Shown: positions 18,581 through 26,867 of the stretch, piece after piece
How positions within the stretch are numbered: position 1 is the first letter of the stretch
How the letters are laid out: every line of letters begins with the position of its first letter
IMG/VR virus record: IMGVR_UViG_3300006213_000874
Strand: one strand, 5' to 3'
Origin: an uncultured virus (IMG/VR IMGVR_UViG_3300006213_000874)
Lineage: Duplodnaviria > Heunggongvirae > Uroviricota > Caudoviricetes
DNA length: 64,000 nt
Translations under genes and position numbers: made by a program
Notes under the pieces: model-generated
The model's input: the letters and a program-made list of their open reading frames with translations, nothing else
Told to the model about the DNA's origin: nothing
Database searches by the model: none

Positions 18581-19129
18581 GTGGCAGATAAAGAGTATAA
18601 GCGTAAAGGATATGCGCCGGATTTGTCAGAAACAGATAACATAATGGCGGTTACTGATATTCTTTTAACGACTGTTAAATCTGGCAGACCTGCGGAATAC
18701 CCAGAAGATGGGCATGGGCTTGAAAGATTCAAGAAAACGACGGTTGAATACTTGGAGCATGTGCAGGAAATAAACAGTGGTGACGATGTGTCAAAGAAAG
18801 TCATTCCGGATATTGAATCATGGGCTTGCTATTTAGGCATTACAAGGGCTACATTGGCCACATATGCAAGGACAAGGGGAGAGGATTGGAAGCAGTTTAT
18901 AGCGGTTGTCAAGAATGGCATAGCGGCGGTTAAGAAAGACGCTGCATTCCATCAGCAGATAGCCCCGGTTATGGCCATGTTTGACTTTACAAACAATCAC
19001 GACTACGTGAATACAAATGAGTTTAAGTTAAATGCAAGTGTTACAGAAGATGCAAAGAAAGTATTAACCGCTAAAGAACTTCCTAAATTGGGAGATGTGG
19101 ATAGTGCAGAAGTAAATGATAATATATAA
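18581..19129 (+). CDS. Terminase small subunit (probable)
   Basis: GRP, WACYLGITRATLATY HTH, FDFTNNHDY end typical of packaging proteins. Confidence 0.7.
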   Translation: MADKEYKRKGYAPDLSETDNIMAVTDILLTTVKSGRPAEYPEDGHGLERFKKTTVEYLEHVQEINSGDDVSKKVIPDIESWACYLGITRATLATYARTRGEDWKQFIAVVKNGIAAVKKDAAFHQQIAPVMAMFDFTNNHDYVNTNEFKLNASVTEDAKKVLTAKELPKLGDVDSAEVNDNI

Positions 19130-19799
19130 ACATATATAATTATTATGTTCTGTGCAGTGATTATATATATAAAAAATTGCTTATTGTGGTATGTATGTGT
19201 GATTATATGATAGTTAATCAATGGGGCTGCGGGTCATGAAAGGGCTAAGTTCCATGAGCATTTCTTTACACGAAAAAAGCCACAAAGAGCGGGCGCCTCA
19301 CCAATGGCAAAGCGTGTCCGACATCATGGCTGGAACATGCCAGGGGCAAGAGGGGGGGGGCGGACAAGAGGACGGTTCTGACGGCTATGGGACTGCCGAA
19401 ACTGGGCGGCAGTGAGGTTAAAGGGATAGATGTTGTGGAGTATGGGGAGCGAGGTACAACATATTGATTTTGCAGTGTAAAAAATAGCAAGGTAAATTTT
19501 ACACAGTTATTTTCAAACATATGTTCATTGATTTTTGTGCATATTGACGATAAAAAAGAGCCTTGTTGGGTGTGGGAGTGGTTGGAAGTACCCACCCCCG
19601 GGGTTTGTAGGAGAGCCACCGAGCCGCTTATTAAGCTGGTTCTGCAAATTTTTTAGAAAAAAGGGGGTTGCAACAAGTCGATCTAAAAATTTCCCGAAAA
19701 ATAAAAAGGCATCCAAACATAGGACACCTTAAAATTATTTTTCAAAAACAAAAAGGTAATATTTAATTATATTATATATACCGCGCTGAACATTGATAA

Positions 19800-20012
19800 T
19801 TACATACCCCTTTTAATCCACTGTATATCATAACCAACAATATCCAATATTTCCAAAATTTCATTGTACTTAAATGTTTCTTTGGAAAGACGGTTACTAA
19901 AGTTTTGATAGCCAAGATTGGTATTGTGTCTTTTGTTTAGTTCGTCATTTATCTGTGCCATTGTGTAGCCGGATTTTATGATAAGTGCTTTCAAATCATT
20001 TTTGTAAGCCAT
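19800..20012 (-). CDS. Small HTH regulator divergent from the recombinase
   Basis: GGAGG RBS; SGYTMAQIN..NFSNRL..ILDIVGY. Confidence 0.7.
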   Translation of the reverse strand: MAYKNDLKALIIKSGYTMAQINDELNKRHNTNLGYQNFSNRLSKETFKYNEILEILDIVGYDIQWIKRGM

Positions 20013-20055
20013 AAGATACACCTCCTTGAATGGAATACATTATATCATAATAAAT

Positions 20056-20127
20056 TTTCATTGTAAAGTTATAAAAAGACTTGCGTTTTATTATGAAAAG
20101 GTGTATAATTTCATTATAAAGTTATAA
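20056..20127. promoter_or_regulatory. 19-bp direct repeats in divergent promoters (operator or res subsites)
   Basis: tttcattRtaaagttataa at 20056 and 20109. Confidence 0.65.
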
Positions 20128-20144
20128 TTAAGGAGGTAAATACA

Positions 20145-20717
20145 ATGAAGGTCGGATATGTCAGAGTTAGCACAGTAGAGCAGAACGAGGACAGGCAGCT
20201 AAAAGGACTTGAAAACTTCGGGATTGACAAATGGTACATTGAAAAGATTTCTGGTAAGAACACGAACAGACCAGAGTTTCAGAAAATGATGTCAGAAGTC
20301 AAAGAGGGAGATATAATCTACGTTCACGCATTGTCAAGGCTTGCAAGGAATGCAAGGGATTTGCTGAATATTCAGTATGAATTACAGGAAAAAGGCGTGA
20401 ATTTAGTTAGCAACAAAGAAAGCATAGATACAACAACCCCTGTTGGCAGAGCGTTTTTTGGAATGTTGGCAGTGATGAACCAGTTTGAGCGTGAGGTCAT
20501 GTTGGAAAGACAGGCAGAGGCTATCGCTGTTGCGAAAGAAAAAGGCACATACCGTCACAGGGGGGATAAAAAAATTGACGTGGATTTGTTTGACGAGAAT
20601 TATAGCCTTTACATTGACGGAAACTTGACTAAGGTTGAGTTTGCAAAGAATATAGGCGTTTCCAGACCCACTCTTGATAAGATTTTGAAGAAAAGAGAGG
20701 GAGGAGAGGAAATATGA
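20145..20717 (+). CDS. Serine resolvase/invertase
   Basis: GYVRVST with catalytic Ser, SG..RPEF, SRLARN, C-terminal HTH. Confidence 0.93.
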   Translation: MKVGYVRVSTVEQNEDRQLKGLENFGIDKWYIEKISGKNTNRPEFQKMMSEVKEGDIIYVHALSRLARNARDLLNIQYELQEKGVNLVSNKESIDTTTPVGRAFFGMLAVMNQFEREVMLERQAEAIAVAKEKGTYRHRGDKKIDVDLFDENYSLYIDGNLTKVEFAKNIGVSRPTLDKILKKREGGEEI

Positions 20718-21184
20718 AAATATTTGGTTATGTCAGGGATAAAGACGGAAATTTTGAAAATCGCAAAAATAAAGTCATTGAATTTTCAAAACAGATGGAT
20801 TTTTCGATAGATAAATTTATCTGTGAAAAATCTTCTGAAAACTACGAAGATATGACAGAGATTAGAAAGCTACTGGAAGACGAAAAGGATTTTGTTCTTT
20901 TAGTTTCTGACGCATCGGATTTATTTGAAGATGACTATGCCTGTGTAAAACTCTTACCGATTTTAGAGAAAAATAATGTGTTTTTGGTAGACGCATATTA
21001 TCCTAATTTGGACTATCGAATGATGATGGAGAAAAACTGTAAAGATTGTCCGTCAAACTTCTTGCAAAATCGCCTTATGGTAATATTGGAAATATATTTG
21101 AGGAAAAAGTATGATGGGAGCGATGACAATATGGTTTATGGTGATATGAGGACAAGGCTTTCTGAATGGAAAAACAGCTTGTAA
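20714..21184 (+). CDS. Degenerate resolvase-fold protein lacking the catalytic Ser
   Basis: MKIFGYVRDKD (versus GYVRVST), FICEKSS. Confidence 0.55.
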   Translation: MKIFGYVRDKDGNFENRKNKVIEFSKQMDFSIDKFICEKSSENYEDMTEIRKLLEDEKDFVLLVSDASDLFEDDYACVKLLPILEKNNVFLVDAYYPNLDYRMMMEKNCKDCPSNFLQNRLMVILEIYLRKKYDGSDDNMVYGDMRTRLSEWKNSL

Positions 21185-21295
21185 ACCAAACAACAAGTTC
21201 TAACCAACAAAAGATAAAATCTCAAACCACTCCCGATTAAATCAATCAAAACACCAAAGCTACCAACAACAAAATCAAATATAAGGCGGTGCAAC

Positions 21296-21478
21296 ATGAA
21301 CACAGTACAAGAAAACATAGAACTTTTCCGAAAACTGCAATCAGCACTTATCGAGGACAAAGTTTTGTATGACGCATTTGCCGCAAGTATAGAAAGTGCA
21401 ATAAAAGAACTTCCACCACACATAGACAGAGAATGTGCGGCAAAGAGAATAGCGGATAGGATTATTGGGAGGGGATAA
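21296..21478 (+). CDS. Hypothetical protein
   Basis: RBS; 60 aa. Confidence 0.55.
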   Translation: MNTVQENIELFRKLQSALIEDKVLYDAFAASIESAIKELPPHIDRECAAKRIADRIIGRG

Positions 21479-21655
21479 GAATGTGGGTAAAAGGAAAGCC
21501 AAACATAAGTGGAAATTACAAAGTTAGATACAAGGGAAAAGAGGGAAGAGACGACTATACAACTTCGGGCGGTGGTCATTGGTGGAATACAGGAACAATT
21601 CACGACCAAGAAGAGGTTGAATATGATCCAGCCAGTTTTAGGGAATTATAATTTT

Positions 21656-21727
21656 AGGGCTATCGCCAAACGGTAAGGCACAGCGCTTTGACTGCTGTAT
21701 TTCCGGGTTCGAGTCCTGGTAGCCCTG
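21656..21727 (+). tRNA. tRNA-Gln(TTG)
   Basis: Cloverleaf; AGGGCTA/TAGCCCT acceptor, CTTTGAC loop, GTTCGAG. Confidence 0.9.
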
Positions 21728-22132
21728 TTGCCGCGACTTGCGCCGGAGTTGCGCGGGAATAAAGTTAATGGGTCGCGGTATTAAATCTGAAAGCGAGGGA
21801 GTTTTGATGATTATTGCCATCTTTGGGATAATTGTTTTTCAACTCGTGGAACGGATTGCCATAGTCGAGAAATCCTCAACAGAGGTTTTGAGGAAATGCA
21901 TCTGTATGTTAGGGTTTTCATACAATGCAATTCCGGCAAGGCATGAAGTCCCGTGAAAGCCATATCTGCAAGAAGATAATCCGCAAAATGCTGAAAAGCC
22001 AGTATTGATTATTAAAAATTATAATTGAGATAATGAACCAACAAAACTATCAAACATTGCGGATATGGCGGATTTAAGAAAATATATAAACTTATCGGCG
22101 GCGGCTTGTTGGTCTCGTTGCCGCCGGTTTAT

Positions 22133-22205
22133 GCGGGCATAGCTCAATCGGAAGAGCACTGGACTCCAAAACCAGAAGTCGTAGGTTCGACCCCCTCTGC
22201 CCGTG
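22133..22205 (+). tRNA. tRNA-Trp(CCA), T-stem with two mismatches
   Basis: GCGGGCA/TGCCCGT acceptor, CTCCAAA loop; T-stem GTAGG/CCCTC. Confidence 0.78.
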
Positions 22206-22329
22206 CTTAGTATCAAATATTTGTATTATTCGATATCTCCTTTTAACCCCGTAGTGGAATGCTGTTAAGAGCCATCGCACGGCTTGCGGGGATTCGGTGG
22301 AGCGACCACCATTATAAAAACAATCCGTG

Positions 22330-22615
22330 TAAAAATGTCACAAGTCTTGCAGGCAGGATGTCTAATGCCGAGGGGAAACTTGGAAAGATAATTTTCGGTT
22401 CATTTGTTGGAGATCCAGGAGGGAAAAACTATATTGAACTGCCAATAAAGAGTGCGGACGTTTTTAGCAACAATATACTAGCGATCAATGGTGATTTTGT
22501 TGTGTATGGCGGCTTCGTTATTGGTTTCAACTTCTACAAAGAAAATGTCGTGTGTATATTATCTGCTGCGAGAAGCGGGGCCATAAGGATCAATTATATA
22601 TATTTCCATGTTTAG
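22330..22615 (+). pseudogene. Orphan fragment resembling a tail-fibre tip domain
   Basis: Short coiled segment then beta-rich INGD..IRINY end; no strong RBS. Confidence 0.35.
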
Positions 22616-22680
22616 GCGCGTCAGTTGAAAGATAAGTGAAATGGTTTGTGTGGCGGGGAGGAACCCGCAAAAGGGAGGAT

Positions 22681-22869
22681 ATGGGAATGGCGAGCACGAC
22701 AAGAAAACCAATTCCAAGGAAGTATGAAGAGTGCCTAAATTGCCCGAACGATATTCCTGGTTATGGAAAGTGTAAGATAAAGTTTGACAATTTTTATTAT
22801 CGGAGAGGGAAAAATAATCGTTGTTTCCATTGTCAAGAGGAAATCAGAAAATTGAAATTAGGATTCTAA
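22681..22869 (+). CDS. Cys-rich small protein
   Basis: GGAGG RBS; CLNC, CFHC. Confidence 0.55.
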   Translation: MGMASTTRKPIPRKYEECLNCPNDIPGYGKCKIKFDNFYYRRGKNNRCFHCQEEIRKLKLGF

Positions 22870-22977
22870 AATCCATTTTAAGCCATTTTAACCCCACGCC
22901 CTATAATTTCATCACCGAAACACAAAAGAGGGCGTTTTGGGGCAAATAGGAGCGTTAGAGAGGTATCAAAACAATAA

Positions 22978-23060
22978 GGGAAGTTATACAGTAGGGGCAG
23001 CGGGGCAGTCTGTAAAACTGTTATCTTTGGATTCGGGCGGTTCGACTCCGCCACTTCCCA
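22978..23060 (+). tRNA. tRNA-Tyr(GTA), atypical D-arm
   Basis: GGGAAGT/ACTTCCC acceptor, CTGTAAA loop, long variable arm, GGCGG-TTCGACT-CCGCC. Confidence 0.82.
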
Positions 23061-23178
23061 TTTTGATAATACTTGCCATTATCAAATCAAGCACAGCATG
23101 AGCCTTTAGGGTATAGTGCGGTAGTCTGATAAACTATGTGGGGAATGGGAGGCAAGTTTCCAAACCCCATGCTTGTAT

Positions 23179-23250
23179 GGTGTCATAGCCAAGTGGATAA
23201 GGCAACAGACTGCAACTCTGTTATCGAGGGTTCAAATCCCTCTGACATCT
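23179..23250 (+). tRNA. tRNA-Cys(GCA)
   Basis: GGTGTCA/TGACATC acceptor, CTGCAAC loop, U73 discriminator. Confidence 0.9.
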
Positions 23251-23423
23251 CTTTTTATAAAAACCTGTCGGTCAAGCCTATATGGTGAGCAAAAATAGAG
23301 AATCAGTAAAGCCTTAAATGACCGTAAAACCCGTGATAGCCCCGGACACGCAAGGGATTAGTTTCCCGGATACGGAAATCGTCACGAATTGCCGCATAGT
23401 TGTGAAAGGTCTATGCGGAATAT

Positions 23424-23497
23424 GCGGGAGTACCCAAGTGGTGATTGGATGCGTCTTATACACGTCAACGCCGCAGGTTCGATTCCTGCTTCCCGTA
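23424..23497 (+). tRNA. tRNA-Ile(TAT)
   Basis: GCGGGAG/TTCCCGT acceptor, GCGT-CTTATAC-ACGT, GCAGG-TTCGATT-CCTGC. Confidence 0.8.
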
Positions 23498-23602
23498 CTT
23501 AACAGCGGAATAGCCCGACGGGGCAAAAAGTGGCAAACTCCACAAGCCGCCTGTCCGTTGTTTAACAAAATTGTGGAGAGAAAAGCATAGTGGAGGTGCG
23601 AT

Positions 23603-24334
23603 ATGGAAAGAAAATCCAACAGAAAATTAGCAACAGAAAGACAGATTTCGTATGCAAATGCAATTTCAAGCACGCTTGGTTCTGGTCTTTCTTTTTCAAA
23701 AGATGATAGTTATTACGAAGTAAACAAATTCATAACAGAAAACGAGGAAAAATATAAAAACAAAGGTAATGAAAAACTTGCAAGTATAAGGCAAATTGAC
23801 TACGCAAACGCTATATCCAATTTCTGCAATATCGGCATTTCTTTTGATGAAAATAGTACATACATAGAAGTTGCAGATTTCATATCGAAAAATAAAGACG
23901 AATACATGAGAATGAGATGGAGAGAGTCCATTTGCGAATATAAAAAAACGGAAAACAGCATTGATGTTCCAAAAGAAAGCATGTTGTTTATTTGTGATAA
24001 CTTGTTTAAGAAACATGGGTTATACGCATTTATCGGAAAAGATGACATGGTTTTGTATATTGGAAAATCAATAGATTTATCATCAAGAATACCAACATCG
24101 TACAAAGAAAGAAAAGAATATGCAAAAATAAATAAGATTATGTATTATGTTGATGAAAACATGGCAAACGTAAACATAATGGAAATATTGCTGATAGCAG
24201 AATATAACCCGGTTTTAAATACAGAAAGTAAAACTGAAGATGTTCCCACAAAATTTCACAGCGGGATTGATATATTAAACGATTTCAAAGAGATACCGCA
24301 TTTTTGTGATTGTGAAATGGGGGTGGGGGCATGA
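23603..24334 (+). CDS. GIY-YIG domain protein with duplicated N-terminal motif
   Basis: GLYAF..LYIGKS..R..E..PVLN; KLA(T/S)xRQIxYANAIS twice. Confidence 0.75.
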   Translation: MERKSNRKLATERQISYANAISSTLGSGLSFSKDDSYYEVNKFITENEEKYKNKGNEKLASIRQIDYANAISNFCNIGISFDENSTYIEVADFISKNKDEYMRMRWRESICEYKKTENSIDVPKESMLFICDNLFKKHGLYAFIGKDDMVLYIGKSIDLSSRIPTSYKERKEYAKINKIMYYVDENMANVNIMEILLIAEYNPVLNTESKTEDVPTKFHSGIDILNDFKEIPHFCDCEMGVGA

Positions 24335-25404
24335 GTGATTTAGTTGCCGTATCTGAAAAAGAAATTGAAGAAAAAGTTAAGTTTTTATCTTCCGCAAAAT
24401 GCAACCATACACAGCATATGTATATTGACATTACTGGAGATTTGGTGCAGGGCACGCTTTTGTCAAGGATAATGTACTGGTTTTCTGTTGATAAAAACAA
24501 AAAATCAAAAGTCCGCATATTTAAAGACGATTATTTTTGGATTGCAAAACAGCGCAAGGACTGGTGGGAAGAAATACGGATAACCGAAAGGCAGTACGAT
24601 AAAGCCATTAAAGAGTTAGAGAAAAAAGGATTTGTTGTACTTGCTAAATATAAATTTAACTCTATGCCAACGATACATATAAGACCAGATTATGAAAATA
24701 TAAATTCTGCAACAAAGGAATGGGAAAATCAGTTGCGAAAAGAAATTGTTGCAGAGTACAAAAGAGAATTACAGAATGAGACAGACGGGAATAACACAAA
24801 ATGTAATTCCCAAGGGATTGGCACAAAGTGCAAAACGGGAGTTACGCAAGAAAGCAATCTTTTAACATTGATTACTAACAATGACTACTCTGACATTAAT
24901 TACATACCAGAAACTACAAAGGCAGAAACATTATCTAAAGATAATGACGAGGCAGATACAATCTCTTCAAAAAAGAGCTTGCCGACCTACGCCAAAAAGA
25001 AAACCAGATCAGAGTTGATGGAACTTGAAGCCGATATGTGCAGACGGTTTGTAAAGATTGGCAGTCAGTATGACATAACCGACACAGCCCTTAAAAACAT
25101 AGTCAATGCGTTTGCGAGGTATTCTAGTAAATTTACAGAGCGTACAGAGAAAATACATCCGATTCTGAAAGATAAAACTCTGGAAAAGATATTTGTTACA
25201 CTGGCGACAATATCGGATACAGAGTACAGCCATTTTGAAAATGTAGCGGACTATGAGCCAGACATCGACGGATTGAGTTATCTTGACAAAATGGTGGACG
25301 AACACTTTAGCTCCGAACATGGAGGCAGTACAGACTGGCATATCTCTCATTTTGCAAGACCTGATTATCTAGAAAAGATGGCACAGCATATTGTTGAGTG
25401 GTAG
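24331..25404 (+). CDS. Phage replication initiator / replisome organiser
   Basis: N-terminal wHTH (LLSRIMYW..WWEEIRITERQYDKAIKEL), low-complexity linker with short DNA repeats. Confidence 0.75.
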   Translation: MSDLVAVSEKEIEEKVKFLSSAKCNHTQHMYIDITGDLVQGTLLSRIMYWFSVDKNKKSKVRIFKDDYFWIAKQRKDWWEEIRITERQYDKAIKELEKKGFVVLAKYKFNSMPTIHIRPDYENINSATKEWENQLRKEIVAEYKRELQNETDGNNTKCNSQGIGTKCKTGVTQESNLLTLITNNDYSDINYIPETTKAETLSKDNDEADTISSKKSLPTYAKKKTRSELMELEADMCRRFVKIGSQYDITDTALKNIVNAFARYSSKFTERTEKIHPILKDKTLEKIFVTLATISDTEYSHFENVADYEPDIDGLSYLDKMVDEHFSSEHGGSTDWHISHFARPDYLEKMAQHIVEW

Positions 25405-25416
25405 GGAGGTTATCTG

Positions 25417-25710
25417 ATGGAATACTCAAACACACGTTTATGCAGCGGATATTTAAACAAACCAAAACCCTGTGAACATTTTGAAAGCTGCGACATGAAG
25501 ATCGGGTTTCAGTGGGACGAGAACGGAAACGAGCATTACATAATTGGCAGGGGTTGTAATTCCATGAGCTGCAAGCGAGACAATCCGGATTACAAGCCAT
25601 TGACCAAGGCACAGTTCATAGAGATGTATAAGCAAATGCCGAACCGCACAAATATTTCTCTTTATGTGCTATTGGAGTGCGCAAGGATTAACGGAATGGT
25701 GGAGGAATAG
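25417..25710 (+). CDS. Hypothetical protein
   Basis: GGAGG RBS. Confidence 0.65.
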   Translation: MEYSNTRLCSGYLNKPKPCEHFESCDMKIGFQWDENGNEHYIIGRGCNSMSCKRDNPDYKPLTKAQFIEMYKQMPNRTNISLYVLLECARINGMVEE

Positions 25711-25713
25711 CTT

Positions 25714-26085
25714 ATGAATCGCCAACAAAGACGCTATGCAGAGCGCAAAAACCAAAAATACAAAACCGCCACATACAACCTCACCAAGAGCCAGCTTGAT
25801 AATGCCGTCAAAGATTCCGTCAAGTCAGAACTGGAAAAAGCATACCAGGACGGCGTAAATGAGGGAGTAAATCAGGCGATGATTCTGTTGCTTACCTTGC
25901 CGCTTGAAGTCCTCATGGATTTCTACTGGAAGAAAAGCTATACAAAGAAAATTCCCGAATTTACCCAATACGTACTGGATTATTACGCGGCATGGCAGAA
26001 CGGCGAACTGGACATGGACAAGCTGAAAGAGGATTTGTGGGAGTATGGCGGCGTGAGATTGGAGGCGTCTGCGAATGGAGATTGA
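25714..26085 (+). CDS. Hypothetical phage protein
   Basis: MNRQQRR start; GGAGG RBS. Confidence 0.7.
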   Translation: MNRQQRRYAERKNQKYKTATYNLTKSQLDNAVKDSVKSELEKAYQDGVNEGVNQAMILLLTLPLEVLMDFYWKKSYTKKIPEFTQYVLDYYAAWQNGELDMDKLKEDLWEYGGVRLEASANGD

Positions 26086-26644
26086 TGTTTTTAAACATGA
26101 TGACAACTGGCAGGATGTGAAAAATGCCGCAATGAATACAATAAACAAAAATACGGGGAAATATCCTGATTCGGAGTGGAAAAGAAAATTGCTCATGTCA
26201 GAACATTCGCCGATCAGGAGGATAAAATTCTACTGGAGATGGAGTGGACTTAAATCATGGGTCAGCGTACATATGGTGCGGCATAAAATTGGCATTGAGC
26301 ACTGGGTATCAACGCAAAGACCAGACAGGACGGATAATCAGGATAAAAACAGGGATAAATTAACACAAGGCACGCTGGTAAATCATGCATGCGAGGCAGA
26401 TGCGCAGGCATTGATAAACATTAGCAGAAAAAGATTGTGCGGATGTGCCGCCACACAAACGAGGCTGGCGTGGAAATCGGTAAAAGAAAAAGTAGCAGAG
26501 ACGGAGCCGGAACTTGCCGGCTGCATGGTGAGAGAGTGTATTTACCGTGGATTTTGCCCGGAAATGTTTTCTTGCGGATATTATAAAACCGATGAATACA
26601 GAAAAGAATTGGAGGAATACAGGCATGGAATTAACGGGAACTAA
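26075..26644 (+). CDS. thyX: FAD-dependent thymidylate synthase ThyX-like
   Basis: EHSP, RHK-x7-S motif, RLC, C-terminal CxxxGxCPE. Confidence 0.8.
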   Translation: MEIDVFKHDDNWQDVKNAAMNTINKNTGKYPDSEWKRKLLMSEHSPIRRIKFYWRWSGLKSWVSVHMVRHKIGIEHWVSTQRPDRTDNQDKNRDKLTQGTLVNHACEADAQALINISRKRLCGCAATQTRLAWKSVKEKVAETEPELAGCMVRECIYRGFCPEMFSCGYYKTDEYRKELEEYRHGINGN

Positions 26645-26867
26645 AACAGATGAAATACGTCACCCATCGCATTACTGTTTCGGTAAATATGAGCCTGTAA
26701 AAGTGATACAGGACTGGGGACTATCATTTTGTTGCGGAAACGTCCTAAAATATATTGCAAGGGCAGGAAGAAAAGACGGAAACAGTAAACTGCAAGACCT
26801 GCTAAAAGCAAAGCAGTATATTGAGTTTGAAATTAAGGAGTTGGAGAATGAAAATAATCACACTTGA
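26625..26867 (+). CDS. DUF3310-like phage protein
   Basis: HPSHY..GNVLKYIARAGRKDG..DLLKA. Confidence 0.85.
   Translation: MELTGTKTDEIRHPSHYCFGKYEPVKVIQDWGLSFCCGNVLKYIARAGRKDGNSKLQDLLKAKQYIEFEIKELENENNHT

Noticed and set aside
19221..19732. ORFs downstream of terS
   Set aside because: Low-complexity, homopolymer-rich region without convincing RBS; more likely non-coding.
21728..21780. Theta/HDV-like ribozyme after tRNA-Gln
   Set aside because: Could not build the nested double pseudoknot by eye.
23085..23175. Hammerhead ribozyme
   Set aside because: CTGATAA departs from CUGANGA and there is no correctly placed GAAA.
21638..23673. ORF-track proteins overlapping tRNAs (21638, 22019, 22092, 23314, 23318)
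   Set aside because: They overlap clear tRNA genes and lack an RBS.
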